Virus record (IMG/VR): IMGVR_UViG_3300032214_001084
From: an uncultured virus (IMG/VR IMGVR_UViG_3300032214_001084)
Taxonomy: Duplodnaviria > Heunggongvirae > Uroviricota > Caudoviricetes
Length of the DNA: 24,094 nt
Strand: one strand, 5' to 3'
The notes under the pieces were generated by a model. The model saw nothing but the letters and a program-made list of their open reading frames with translations. It was not told the origin of the DNA and made no database searches. Positions 13,894-22,961 of this stretch are shown piece after piece. Numbering within the stretch: position 1 is the first letter of the stretch; the number at the start of each line of letters is the position of its first letter. The translations under genes were made by a program, and so were the position numbers.

Positions 13894-14781
13894 ATGGGCT
13901 GGTTTGAAGATCTTAGAAATACTGTAGGTCGAGCTGTCACACAGAACCCCGTGGTACGCGCTGTGACACAGTCCGCCCCTGTACGTATGGCTGGTCGTGC
14001 CTTAGGAAGTAGTTATGTAAGACCCATGATTGGGTTTAGACCTGAAATTGGTGGAATTATTGCTAGTGAGCTCTTACCTAAAGGGAATCCCGTCAAACAG
14101 TTAGTCGATACTGGTTTGTATCTGGCGTCTGGTCCTCTCAATATGACTCTTGGTCTGGGGGGAAGTACTCCACAAGGCGATACTTCTACCTCTAATTGGA
14201 GAGCTCTTGGATACAGCTCTGAGCAAGATATGAAAAATCGGATAGCTGCTCAGATGCAAAAAGATGCTGAGGCTCAGACTCTGGCGACCGCTTTGAGTAA
14301 TAGACCGCCTGGTGTGTATATCGCTGATGATTATGGTCCACCACGCCCGGTTCGTTATCAAGATGGTGGTGTGATGATTGGTGATTATGCAGTTACTCGT
14401 TTTGATACTCCGGCTCAGCGTGAACTAGAGGCTGTGCAACCTCAGCGGAATGTAGTGCCGCCTTCAGTTAGGCGTCCTGTCGAGGAGCAACGCCCCCCAG
14501 TTAGTCGTGTAGTTCCGCCTAGCGTAACGACTCCATCGGGTGAGACAACCCGAGCAGCCGTGGAGAATGAGCTGCTTAAGAAAGCTGCAGATCAAGAACG
14601 CACTGCTGAGCTTATGCGACGGATGATTGAACTCGATGTGACTGGCGGCATGACTGCCGATAACATGCGTTCTTGGGTTTCTCAGAATCCTGCATTAGCT
14701 GAGCGTCTCATTACTGATCGCATGGGTCGTAAAGAACGACTAGCTAAAGAGTTCGAGGGTTTTGCTGAGTACGCTCAATGA
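13894..14781 (+). CDS. hypothetical protein (possible virion protein)
   Basis: 295-aa ORF; TATAAT at 13861 upstream. Confidence 0.8.
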   Translation: MGWFEDLRNTVGRAVTQNPVVRAVTQSAPVRMAGRALGSSYVRPMIGFRPEIGGIIASELLPKGNPVKQLVDTGLYLASGPLNMTLGLGGSTPQGDTSTSNWRALGYSSEQDMKNRIAAQMQKDAEAQTLATALSNRPPGVYIADDYGPPRPVRYQDGGVMIGDYAVTRFDTPAQRELEAVQPQRNVVPPSVRRPVEEQRPPVSRVVPPSVTTPSGETTRAAVENELLKKAADQERTAELMRRMIELDVTGGMTADNMRSWVSQNPALAERLITDRMGRKERLAKEFEGFAEYAQ

Positions 14782-14879
14782 CCTCTGTAGTTTGGCCAGT
14801 CATTATTATGATGGCTGTTATTTTTGTTTTATTAATACTCGTTGTAGCTGCGGTTATTCTTGAAGCGAATGATCTTTAA
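14778..14879 (+). CDS. small single-pass membrane protein, 33 aa (not in ORF track)
   Basis: MTSVVWPVIIMMAVIFVLLILVVAAVILEANDL; ATGA overlap. Confidence 0.6.
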   Translation: MTSVVWPVIIMMAVIFVLLILVVAAVILEANDL

Positions 14880-15003
14880 ACGTGCTTCATCGAGAAGCAT
14901 AATCACGCTGCCGATAGCCCACAGCAGCACAATAACTCCGATTGTGCGTTTGATTCCTTTCGGAGGTTCTAAAATAGATTGAGGTTTATTGCCGAAGAGC
15001 AGC

Positions 15004-15471
15004 ATGTACCGGGACCTTGTATATCGACCTGGTGAAGATTCTTACAATACACGAGATCTTCTGTTTCGTCCTGGTGTAGACACTACCATTGTTGAAACTT
15101 TGCCTTATCGCCGAGGTCCCGGTTCAGGCGGCGGCATTGTCGCTGATACGCCTACTGATTACGGCATCAGTGAGCGCCCCTATTCCGCCGAGGTTCCTAA
15201 TTTAGATAACTTGGTGCGGGCTAGTGAAGACGCAACCAGGAAAGCTCAGTTACTTCTAGAACTTTACATGCGCGGTATGGGCGGCGACCTTGTGGCTGCT
15301 TTACCCGAACCTATGTCGCAGGAAGAGTTCCAGCACGAGGTAACTAAGCGCATGGACCGCAATAAGCCCTCTGTCCAGGATGTGCTGCGCAGCAAGTTTG
15401 GGGTAGGCAGCATCCGCGAAGGCATCGGTCGAGGTATTTTCCCCGCGCCTCCCAGGCTGCCCGGCATTTAA
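15004..15471 (+). CDS. hypothetical protein
   Basis: ATG at 15004; internal RDL(V/L)(Y/F)RPG duplication. Confidence 0.7.
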   Translation: MYRDLVYRPGEDSYNTRDLLFRPGVDTTIVETLPYRRGPGSGGGIVADTPTDYGISERPYSAEVPNLDNLVRASEDATRKAQLLLELYMRGMGGDLVAALPEPMSQEEFQHEVTKRMDRNKPSVQDVLRSKFGVGSIREGIGRGIFPAPPRLPGI

Positions 15472-15485
15472 CATAATAATTTTTA

Positions 15486-15735
15486 AGTTACGAGATCCCT
15501 TGCGGCGCAAAGGTTCCTAGAGTAAGGGACACGCAAAAGCACCGTGGGGGATCCCTGTAAAGCGTTCGATCGAATTTCGACGCAGATCGGCAAGCTGCTG
15601 GCTTTATCGCCGGTTAATGCGCCTGGTCGGGCTTCAAATGTCGCCACGCGCAAAGCACAGACACCTCCATATCATTTAATGCACAGTATGACCTGGAATG
15701 AGGACGGCGAATTGGATATTCGCTGACTTGTAACT
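15486..15735 (+). ncRNA. candidate ~250-nt structured RNA
   Basis: 9-bp closing helix AGTTACGAG/CTTGTAACT enclosing several helices with plus-strand G-U pairs; intergenic. Confidence 0.55.
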
Positions 15736-15766
15736 CATTAGACTAGGTTTGGATTTAGATGAGTAA

Positions 15767-15946
15767 GTGCGTCGCAGGCAGAAAGCGTTCAAGCTCTGGG
15801 CCAATGCACTCGGACCCAAAGCCGCAGAGTGTCCAAAAGTTGCAGATCGAGTGGCGTGGATACGGACTGTGATTTTCGTCACGTACTTTGTCACCAACTG
15901 CTTTATCATTGCCGGTGTTGTACGCCACTGGAACGATGCCCTGTGA
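15767..15946 (+). CDS. conserved cyanophage small membrane protein, 59 aa (not in ORF track)
   Basis: LWANALGPKA.EC..ADRVAWIRTVIFVTYFVTNCFIIAGVVRHWN, a pattern recalled from cyanophages. Confidence 0.85.
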   Translation: MRRRQKAFKLWANALGPKAAECPKVADRVAWIRTVIFVTYFVTNCFIIAGVVRHWNDAL

Positions 15947-16154
15947 CGCCTGGCCCACGTACGAAGATTCTATGTACAAGAGGCTTGAGGAGAGTCTTTT
16001 GGAATATTCGGATGAAGATACGCTCGGTGCACTTATTCCTGCGATTAAAAAAGCTATGTGCGCCGAGTTAGCTCGCCGTCGCGATGAAGTCAGCAGGTTT
16101 GAAGCTGTTATGGCTCAGCTGTTTCCCGGTGAGGGTTATGAAAAAGCTAACTAA
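15936..16154 (+). CDS. hypothetical protein
   Basis: ATG at 15936 (MPCDAWPTYEDSMYKRLEE...). Confidence 0.65.
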   Translation: MPCDAWPTYEDSMYKRLEESLLEYSDEDTLGALIPAIKKAMCAELARRRDEVSRFEAVMAQLFPGEGYEKAN

Positions 16155-16386
16155 AGAGGAGAAGAGGCTACTTAAAAAGCTACAGGACGCGTATGTTGTT
16201 TGTAGCGAATGTGGCGATAAGTTCGGGGTGTACTCAGTTGGGTGCAGCTCTATTTGGATGGATAAGTGTGATGTGTGTGAACAAAAGAAACCTGTGACTG
16301 AAGCACGAGATTACGCGTATTTGATAACAGGTATTCGTAAGTTGTGTATGGAACCCACTAAATCACCGACCGTGGCACCTGCCTAA
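16138..16386 (+). CDS. small Zn-finger-like protein
   Basis: CSECGDKFG...CDVC...VTEARDYAYL. Confidence 0.7.
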   Translation: MKKLTKEEKRLLKKLQDAYVVCSECGDKFGVYSVGCSSIWMDKCDVCEQKKPVTEARDYAYLITGIRKLCMEPTKSPTVAPA

Positions 16387-17203
16387 AGCTGCTGAGTCCG
16401 AGGGCGGCAGCTTGAGCGCCGCCTAAGTTTTGGCCTAATTGAGGGGCTTGGGGCTTCTCTTCTTGGCGAGCTGCCTGGTCGAGCATCAGCTCAAGCATTG
16501 TGTTTTCGAGCTGAGTGCGGCGCTGACGGAAATCGTCTTCGGTTGGGCCAGCGTAGCTCGGGCGGAATTCGGCAGGTTTAGGCTGCATTATGCGTGCAAT
16601 CGCTTCATTCAAAACGTCTTCAGCAGATTTACCTGTCGTTTGCGCGGTCTGAGTTTGTTGCGGCGCTTGTCCTTCGACGACAACTTCTGTTTCGGCTTCA
16701 GGGCGGTTGATGTCGCCGTGCCCCACACGAAACACCACACGCCCTGTGGGATCAAGGGCCTCGCTGTAGTATCCGTAGTCGCCGGCAACATTTCGCCGAA
16801 TCTTGCCTCCGGGAACACCGGGGATGTAAATGGAGGCACCTTCGACTGAACCGGGTTCGAAGCGATCCTTTGCCTTGGCGAACGGTACGTAAAAGTCGTA
16901 GGAATCCCAGCCACTACGCGGCGCGTGAGCTTTAGCGGCTAGTTCTAGTAAGTTAACTTTTTCTTCTATGGGCGCGTTTGGGTTCCAGCGACGACCAGAT
17001 ACGGCTTGGTTGGAGAATTCAATTTCGCGCCCAATAGATCTGTATTGGTTGGCAAGCGAATCCATGGCTTGGATCCGTTGCTGTAGGGGTAAAGTTTGGA
17101 GAACTTTAAGGTCGATGTGATACGGGGATGAGCCGCCGATGCGCTCGCTAGGGCCGGTAAATCCAGAGCGGTATGTTGGCAGGTATGGATTTGTGTTAGC
17201 CAC
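16358..17203 (-). CDS. hypothetical protein, possible divergent M23-like peptidase fold
   Basis: H....YDFYVP...GASIY...GDYGYY....GRVVFRVGHG loosely parallels the M23 H..D / GYG...H layout. Confidence 0.6.
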   Translation of the reverse strand: MANTNPYLPTYRSGFTGPSERIGGSSPYHIDLKVLQTLPLQQRIQAMDSLANQYRSIGREIEFSNQAVSGRRWNPNAPIEEKVNLLELAAKAHAPRSGWDSYDFYVPFAKAKDRFEPGSVEGASIYIPGVPGGKIRRNVAGDYGYYSEALDPTGRVVFRVGHGDINRPEAETEVVVEGQAPQQTQTAQTTGKSAEDVLNEAIARIMQPKPAEFRPSYAGPTEDDFRQRRTQLENTMLELMLDQAARQEEKPQAPQLGQNLGGAQAAALGLSSFRQVPRSVI

Positions 17204-17250
17204 CGTGGCCCTTTCGTTTTAAGGGTGTAATATCACTCTAGCATTTATGT

Positions 17251-17481
17251 TTGTTTGGGGAGGTTATACGCTGTATGGATTGTGTAGGATTTGATGAGGG
17301 TGATTTTGAGGTTGTAGGGGTCGATGCGTACGGGATCTTAGTGAAGGCAGCGTGGGGTGAACAGAGTTTTGTGAGTAGCTGGCATCTGGTGGATGAGCGG
17401 AAGGTTCAGTTGACCCGAAGGACAAAACCAAAGGATTGGGACGCAAGAAAAAAGGACGGTGAGCAGGCTGTAGAAGGATAA
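17251..17481 (+). CDS. hypothetical protein
   Basis: 76-aa ORF in a gap, TTG start. Confidence 0.5.
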   Translation: MFGEVIRCMDCVGFDEGDFEVVGVDAYGILVKAAWGEQSFVSSWHLVDERKVQLTRRTKPKDWDARKKDGEQAVEG

Positions 17482-17582
17482 AGGGGTGCAGGTGTAAATA
17501 AAAACTACGTGAGTGCGAAGCTACTGGTGGGGAGAAGTGTGGGGCACGCGCCGAAACCCCATAAGCGCCAGTCTCATGCGTC

Positions 17583-17789
17583 TCATTTGGGATTTGGTTT
17601 GACGGGTTTGAACTGCCCACACCAATCTTTGTCCGCGTTGACCTGTGGCCATTGAGCCCGTGGGAGCAACGCAGATTGAATATAGACGGGCACAGGCGAA
17701 AACCGTCGACATTGTCCTGTCGCGTTGACTTCCGCCTCGTGCGTCATCTGAAAATACCGGCAGTTCCGGCAGGTGTCTCCGGTAGTCAT
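17583..17789 (-). CDS. Cys-rich small phage protein
   Basis: CRNCRYF...GQCRRFSP...WP.V...DWCGQF; ATGA coupled to the methyltransferase. Confidence 0.75.
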   Translation of the reverse strand: MTTGDTCRNCRYFQMTHEAEVNATGQCRRFSPVPVYIQSALLPRAQWPQVNADKDWCGQFKPVKPNPK

Positions 17790-18499
17790 GCGACCTTTGT
17801 TACTAGCTGCCAGCCGGTAAACACAGCAAGTTTCATTGAGGCAAAGGCGTTCAGAGCCATGTCGACACCTCGCTGGACGTCTGGGTGGCCATAGTCATCA
17901 AAAATCACGACACCACCACTCTTCACCATGGGCACGTACAGGGTTGTGTCGCGAGCTACCGAGGTCGGATCGTGGGCACCATCGATATAGAGGAGGTCAA
18001 TCCAGGGTTCGCCGTCGTTTCGTCGGTTTAGTTCAGGGAAAACATCCCAACTGCAAGCTTTGATGATCTCAATTTTGGCTGCGTTGTCAGATTTTGCAAT
18101 ATTTCCGCGTGCAATCAGCTCGATGTTCGCGAGTTCGGGGTAATTAGCTGGATTTTCGTGGTGCTCCGAGCTTCCGGTGAAAGGATCGATTGAAATTAGA
18201 CGCGATTCGGGGTGAGAAAGATAAAAATCAGACCAAAAACAGCTCGAAGCACCCTCATAAACCCCGATTTCGACAATCTGGCGCTTTTCAGCAGGCTCTA
18301 ATTTCAGTTCTGCAGCCTCGTCACGAGTGCAGAGAACCATATCAGTATTAAGGAGAGCGTCATACCAGCTTTGGTTGAAGCTGTACCTATCGCTCAGCTT
18401 CTTTTTGCCCTGAATCTGGACCACGGGGGCTACGGCTGCTGTCTCCTCACCCAACTGAGCCATCAGCTCCTTGAAGCTGGGTTTGCTCGTCGTGGTCAT
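17786..18499 (-). CDS. class I SAM-dependent methyltransferase (Methyltransf_24-like)
   Basis: VEIGVYEGAS, SIDPF, DLLYIDGAH, GGVVIFDDY motifs. Confidence 0.9.
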   Translation of the reverse strand: MTTTSKPSFKELMAQLGEETAAVAPVVQIQGKKKLSDRYSFNQSWYDALLNTDMVLCTRDEAAELKLEPAEKRQIVEIGVYEGASSCFWSDFYLSHPESRLISIDPFTGSSEHHENPANYPELANIELIARGNIAKSDNAAKIEIIKACSWDVFPELNRRNDGEPWIDLLYIDGAHDPTSVARDTTLYVPMVKSGGVVIFDDYGHPDVQRGVDMALNAFASMKLAVFTGWQLVTKVA

Positions 18500-18522
18500 G
18501 GCTCAGGTTTTGATGTGTCAGC

Positions 18523-18568
18523 ATCGTAGCAGGATTTTCTTGACAGGGTCCAGTTTGGTGTGTATGCT
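18523..18568. promoter_or_regulatory. divergent promoters: plus TTGACA-N17-TATGCT; minus TGcTACGAT
   Basis: TTGACA at 18540-18545, TATGCT at 18563-18568; minus-strand extended -10 at 18523-18531. Confidence 0.65.
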
Positions 18569-18591
18569 TGTCATGTCACTCGGTGACTCAC

Positions 18592-18864
18592 ATGACTACC
18601 AACATCAACATTGATTCCAAGCACGCTGTCCAGGCTGCGATCGCCTGGAAAGGTCCGACCTACTATGTTTTGATCTTTTTAACTTTTTTCTTTCTTGCTT
18701 GCGTTCCTGGGTTTATTAAGAAAAGTAAGATTCAACAGGAGCGGAGACAAGAGTACACGGCGATCAAGGCAACGTGTATGCAGTCACAGCTGGAAAAGTA
18801 TGGTCAGTACGATTCTTGGCAGTGCTCACGAATCGCTAACGCTTACGTACCTATCTATCGTTGA
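18592..18864 (+). CDS. single-pass membrane protein
   Basis: YYVLIFLTFFFLACVPGFI TM segment; ATG at 18592. Confidence 0.7.
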   Translation: MTTNINIDSKHAVQAAIAWKGPTYYVLIFLTFFFLACVPGFIKKSKIQQERRQEYTAIKATCMQSQLEKYGQYDSWQCSRIANAYVPIYR

Positions 18865-18866
18865 TC

Positions 18867-19082
18867 ATGACTACCCCTGACGAACTAACACCTGAAGAGC
18901 AGGAACTCCTGTCTCAAGCTATAGCTAATCTTCAAGGGTTTATTGAGAGTGAAACTACACACTATGTGTTAGTTGAAGATCCTCGCAATGACGAAGATTA
19001 CGACACCTACGAGTACGGAACTGAGCCGCTGCCCCACGATGAAACGTGGAAAAAAGGTGAGTCGGGCGCTTCTGAGGCTTGA
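18867..19082 (+). CDS. acidic hypothetical protein
   Basis: EDYDTYEYGTEPLP motif. Confidence 0.7.
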   Translation: MTTPDELTPEEQELLSQAIANLQGFIESETTHYVLVEDPRNDEDYDTYEYGTEPLPHDETWKKGESGASEA

Positions 19083-19105
19083 CTTGTTGCTATAGTCCCT
19101 TTGCC

Positions 19106-19187
19106 GCTGCAGTGGCGGAATGGTAGACGTTGCGCACTTAAAATGCGCTGAGTTAATCTCGTGTGGGTTCGAGTCCCACCTGCAGCA
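19106..19187 (+). tRNA. tRNA-Leu(TAA)
   Basis: GCTGCAG/CTGCAGC acceptor, GCGCA-CTTAAAA-TGCGC, long variable arm, GTGGG-TTCGAGT-CCCAC; TGcTATAGT extended -10 at 19088-19096. Confidence 0.95.
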
Positions 19188-19202
19188 TCACATCACTTCA
19201 AC

Positions 19203-19643
19203 ATGGCCGCACAACGCAAAAAACACACCGAAACTCAGCTAAGCGGGTTTTACAGTTTTAACCAGATCAAAGACTGCCCAGCCTGCAATAAACGTAGTTT
19301 TAAGGTTATTGAAAGCAGGAAGACTTTTGACGGCACCCGCAGGAGGTACGAGTGCACATCGTGCGATTTTAGGCAAACTATGTATGAAATCCCTTCTGAG
19401 TGTTATGAAGAGTTAAGGGTGCTTCGTTCAAAGTTTGCTCTTATACGCAACGCTGTCTTTGAAGCTGAACCTAAGCCTCAAACACCTCTTAAGTCAGATG
19501 GAGCGACTGTTGTAAGCGTGGAGGTTGACGAGATCCCTTGCTGTGATTGTGTTCATCTGACTACTAACGGTTGTTCTTTTGATATCCCAGAAGCGCAAAC
19601 AGAGGATGCCAAAGGGTGCAATCTGTTTCAGGCTTTAGTCTGA
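19203..19643 (+). CDS. NrdR-like zinc-ribbon protein without ATP cone
   Basis: CPAC...KVIESR...TRRRYECTSC..RQTMYE; C-terminal Cys cluster; track start lies inside the tRNA, so ATG 19203 is used. Confidence 0.75.
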   Translation: MAAQRKKHTETQLSGFYSFNQIKDCPACNKRSFKVIESRKTFDGTRRRYECTSCDFRQTMYEIPSECYEELRVLRSKFALIRNAVFEAEPKPQTPLKSDGATVVSVEVDEIPCCDCVHLTTNGCSFDIPEAQTEDAKGCNLFQALV

Positions 19644-19671
19644 TAATATACTGACATAAGCTGGGCTCAAC

Positions 19672-20442
19672 ATGTCAGAGTCGATTCCCGTACTAGGTAC
19701 TGCAATCGTTAATAATCCATACTGGCTACACAGGCTCTTTATGAGCATAGATTATCCTGTTGATAATTTTGTTGTATTTAATAACAACGGCAGAGGTCAG
19801 ATTACTGAGGCCGTCGACAGCGTTCGCAAGCTGTCTAATCCGTTTGTTAAGCGGGTCCATGTCACTCATATGCCGGCGAATGTCGGGTGCTCTGGCGCTT
19901 GGAACCTGATCATTAAGTGCTTTATGAAAGCACCTTATTGGGTTATATCAAATCACGACATTATGTTTGAGCCTGGTTTCTTGGCTGAGATGAATGAAAA
20001 GGCTCAGGACGTAGAGACTGGGATAATTCACGGATCTGGCGGTGGTTGGGATATCTTTCTTCTCAAAGATTGGGTTGTCACTAAATATGGTTTGTTTGAC
20101 GAAAATCTATACCCTGGTTATTGCGAAGATATGGATTACGGTATGCGTTTTATACACGATGACTTAAAGCGCATCCTCAGCTTGGATCACGAGTACTATC
20201 ACGGAACTCGCAAAGATTATTCAGACGGCTCACAAACTTGGCGATCTGAGCCCCGATTACAGACGGCTGTTCACGTAGCTCACGAACTTAATAAACGATA
20301 TCTTCATATGAAGTGGAGTGAAGCGTGGCAAGCTCATGTTGATGGGGAGACGTATAAAACGCCTTTTAATGTTCCTGAGCTTCCTGTTGATTTCACAACG
20401 TATGATTTAGAGTTTGTTCGCCGTAAGCACTTAGGTTTTTAG
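19672..20442 (+). CDS. glycosyltransferase family 2-like protein
   Basis: N.G.SGAWN, ISNHD (DxD-like), GLFDENLYPGYCEDMDY. Confidence 0.8.
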   Translation: MSESIPVLGTAIVNNPYWLHRLFMSIDYPVDNFVVFNNNGRGQITEAVDSVRKLSNPFVKRVHVTHMPANVGCSGAWNLIIKCFMKAPYWVISNHDIMFEPGFLAEMNEKAQDVETGIIHGSGGGWDIFLLKDWVVTKYGLFDENLYPGYCEDMDYGMRFIHDDLKRILSLDHEYYHGTRKDYSDGSQTWRSEPRLQTAVHVAHELNKRYLHMKWSEAWQAHVDGETYKTPFNVPELPVDFTTYDLEFVRRKHLGF

Positions 20443-20453
20443 GGATTCCTGCG

Positions 20454-20810
20454 ATGTTCAATGGTGAGTTCCCTTGTACAGGTTGTTCTCTTTGTTGTTT
20501 AAGTCTTAGCAGCATCCACGCTGGTGCTCTTACTTATCCTCAAGGCTCCGTGATGTACCAGGCTGCAGCTTCTTTCCCCTACTCCTGGGATGATACTGGT
20601 GCTTGCATCATGCTTAGTGAAGGCAAGTGCTCGGTTTACGCCAGCCGACCTCTGTTGTGTAACGTGAAAGAGATAAGCTCAAAACTTAGTGCAGAGTTAA
20701 ATATAAGCCCAAGCGCAGTTTATGCTTTAACTGCTAATGCTTGTAACTCCTTGATATCCTCTCACGGCCTTGATCCTCGTTTTATGATTGACCCAGGTCA
20801 GTTTAATTAG
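20454..20810 (+). CDS. YkgJ-family CxxCxxCC cysteine-cluster protein
   Basis: FPCTGCSLCC...C..L...CSVYASRPLLC. Confidence 0.85.
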   Translation: MFNGEFPCTGCSLCCLSLSSIHAGALTYPQGSVMYQAAASFPYSWDDTGACIMLSEGKCSVYASRPLLCNVKEISSKLSAELNISPSAVYALTANACNSLISSHGLDPRFMIDPGQFN

Positions 20811-20811
20811 G

Positions 20812-21084
20812 ATGCCTTTTTATTCATCGCGTACCGCTGGAGGCAGATTAGTAAATAACCTAAAGTCGATACTTGATTCCAAAAGAATTTCTTCTTTTGG
20901 GCTTAGCAAGATCGCTGACCTCTCGCCAACGACAACCCGTAAGATTTACACAGATCCTGTATACATACCATCACCTGATGTGCTTGAGAAGCTTTGTACT
21001 TCTCTTAGTTGTGATCCTGGCGATCTATTAAAAATACAAGGTAAGATAGAAGAACTAGCCGTGGTGGGTTCCGGTGTTTTCTAA
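20812..21084 (+). CDS. Cro/C1-type HTH DNA-binding protein
   Basis: NNLKSILDSK.IS...LSK...LS.TT...LEKLC.SL.C.PGDLL. Confidence 0.8.
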   Translation: MPFYSSRTAGGRLVNNLKSILDSKRISSFGLSKIADLSPTTTRKIYTDPVYIPSPDVLEKLCTSLSCDPGDLLKIQGKIEELAVVGSGVF

Positions 21085-21571
21085 AGCCGATTACGAATTA
21101 GCTGCTCGTATTCTTGGCCTCCCTGTGCCGCAAACTCCGGCAGAAATGGCTGCCGCTACGCCTGCTACGGCTCAGATTGTTCGCCGCTTTGCCCAGGGTC
21201 TCCCTCCGATGCCGGGAATGGAGGCAGATGGTATTTATACCGGTGCTACGCGTTCATTGAACACGTACCCAGATAACACCATGCCTATGCAAAAGGCTCA
21301 ATTAGCTTCTCGGTTACGGACTGAGCCTGAGCGACCTCACGAGGACGCCTACCTCATGGAGTTGATAGCGTCTTTAGATCCTGAGGAGTTTGATCTTATT
21401 CTTATGCTGCTAGAGCAGCTTGCCGAGCAGGAAGATGAGGAGTCAGATCGGTTGTCCTCTCAGCGTCCTCTGGAGTACGACACTCCTAATCTTGGGTCTA
21501 ATTACAGCGTATTAAATGCTCCGTCTTCGAACGGCATCGAGCCTTCTCGCGCTTACCAGCAGTTGAGCTGA
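21074..21571 (+). CDS. hypothetical protein
   Basis: 165-aa ORF in a packed operon. Confidence 0.75.
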   Translation: MFSKADYELAARILGLPVPQTPAEMAAATPATAQIVRRFAQGLPPMPGMEADGIYTGATRSLNTYPDNTMPMQKAQLASRLRTEPERPHEDAYLMELIASLDPEEFDLILMLLEQLAEQEDEESDRLSSQRPLEYDTPNLGSNYSVLNAPSSNGIEPSRAYQQLS

Positions 21572-21810
21572 TGGAACTGAGTGAACGTCAGAGGCAGCTG
21601 AGAGAGCGCGATGTTCGCCGACTCTCTCCTCAGCAAGACCCGGCTACGTTTATGCGTCTGTATATAGAAAGCAACTTCCCACAGACACTTGCATATCCTT
21701 CGCCGCAACAGTCTGAGCGTGGTTTGAGTACAGATAACCAACAAGATGCTTTAAAATTAACCAAGAAACCCCTTAGTGGGACTAAGTACGACAATCCGGG
21801 GGGTTATTAA
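21571..21810 (+). CDS. hypothetical protein
   Basis: TGATG coupling. Confidence 0.7.
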   Translation: MELSERQRQLRERDVRRLSPQQDPATFMRLYIESNFPQTLAYPSPQQSERGLSTDNQQDALKLTKKPLSGTKYDNPGGY

Positions 21811-21813
21811 TCG

Positions 21814-22335
21814 ATGGCGCCACAAATCCCTGCAGCTGCTGTAGGTAAGCTCGGCGGTTTAACTCCCGGCGGTTTACTTCAGGAAGTCCTCGGCAGCCTC
21901 CTTGTTTCGGGCGGCATGGGCCTCGCGCAAGCTGTCACTGGCGGCTTGGAGCCTCCAGCTCCTCAAGGGAGCTCTGGAAGCAAATACATGATCACCTTGC
22001 AAGATGTCAAGGAGATCGAGAAATTTGTCGCTGGTGAAAACATGCGGCGTCAAGTCCTCAATATGCTTCCTGGCGGAGAGGATTTACCGATGCTGGACGC
22101 TCAAGATATTATCAACGAGCGCGAGGCTCAGCTTCGCATCTCCGCTGATGAAGCAGGTGCTCGTGAACTTGCAAAAGCTCAGGTCGCTATTCCTGTGGCA
22201 GCTATTCCCGCCCTTGCTCAGGCAGCGGGAACAGGTTCTCAGGCTGCCTCAAATGTAGCTCAACAGTTTCTCCAAAGTTACCTGTCTCGTCCTAATATTG
22301 ATCCATCGCTTCAAACTGTCGCTCAGGGGATGTGA
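21814..22335 (+). CDS. Gly/Ala-rich probable virion protein
   Basis: N-terminal glycine-zipper-like segment. Confidence 0.7.
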   Translation: MAPQIPAAAVGKLGGLTPGGLLQEVLGSLLVSGGMGLAQAVTGGLEPPAPQGSSGSKYMITLQDVKEIEKFVAGENMRRQVLNMLPGGEDLPMLDAQDIINEREAQLRISADEAGARELAKAQVAIPVAAIPALAQAAGTGSQAASNVAQQFLQSYLSRPNIDPSLQTVAQGM

Positions 22336-22338
22336 TAA

Positions 22339-22959
22339 ATGGCTCTTAATCCCTTGGTTCTGAATGCCCTAAAAGGTCTCGGTGTATTCGGCTTAGGTGC
22401 TGCTGGCACTGCTGCGGGTTCAGCTTTATTTGGTGAGTCCCCTGAACAAAGGACCACTAAACGCGCTGAAGAAGAAGCTGTACGGGAAGCTCAGTTTCGA
22501 CGGGATCTTGCTCTTGAGCGGGAGAAGCAAAAGTACGCGTTAGAGCAGATTCGCTTACAGACTGGGGCTAGTGAAGCCCAGTCAGCTGCTCTGTTGGCGC
22601 AGTTACAAGGATCTAACGAGCTTCAAGCAAAGATTGCTCTCGCTAATTTAGATCCGAGTCTTTACGCAAGCCGGGCTGCGATTGATCAAGCTAACTGGGA
22701 ACGTTCTCAGGAGCTTAATCGCATTGCGGGCATGGAGCAGACCCGTGAGTTAACTCGCCGGAAGATTGAAGGAGACACAATCGCTGCTTGGCGTGGGATT
22801 ACTGAAGCGCAGATTAATCGTGACGCCACGCTTGGGTTAGGCATGATGCAATTGGCTTATACCGCTGGTATGCCTAACCCTAATGTTCTTCAGGGTGGCG
22901 CGGCTCTAGCTGCTCAAGGCCGGTCGAGCTTTGGTACCCCTACTTCCGTTATTAGCTGA
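22339..22959 (+). CDS. Gly/Ala-rich coiled-coil probable virion (ejection-type) protein
   Basis: GLGVFGLGAAGTAAGSALFG followed by a charged coiled coil. Confidence 0.7.
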   Translation: MALNPLVLNALKGLGVFGLGAAGTAAGSALFGESPEQRTTKRAEEEAVREAQFRRDLALEREKQKYALEQIRLQTGASEAQSAALLAQLQGSNELQAKIALANLDPSLYASRAAIDQANWERSQELNRIAGMEQTRELTRRKIEGDTIAAWRGITEAQINRDATLGLGMMQLAYTAGMPNPNVLQGGAALAAQGRSSFGTPTSVIS

Positions 22960-22961
22960 CC

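Noticed and set aside
15544..16071. Track ORFs 15544-15726, 15676-15909, 15755-15979 and 15829-16071
   Set aside because: They overlap the structured RNA or the recognisable 15767-15946 gene in other frames.
19161..19202. GTG start of the NrdR-like ORF
   Set aside because: It lies within tRNA-Leu; ATG 19203 is preferred.
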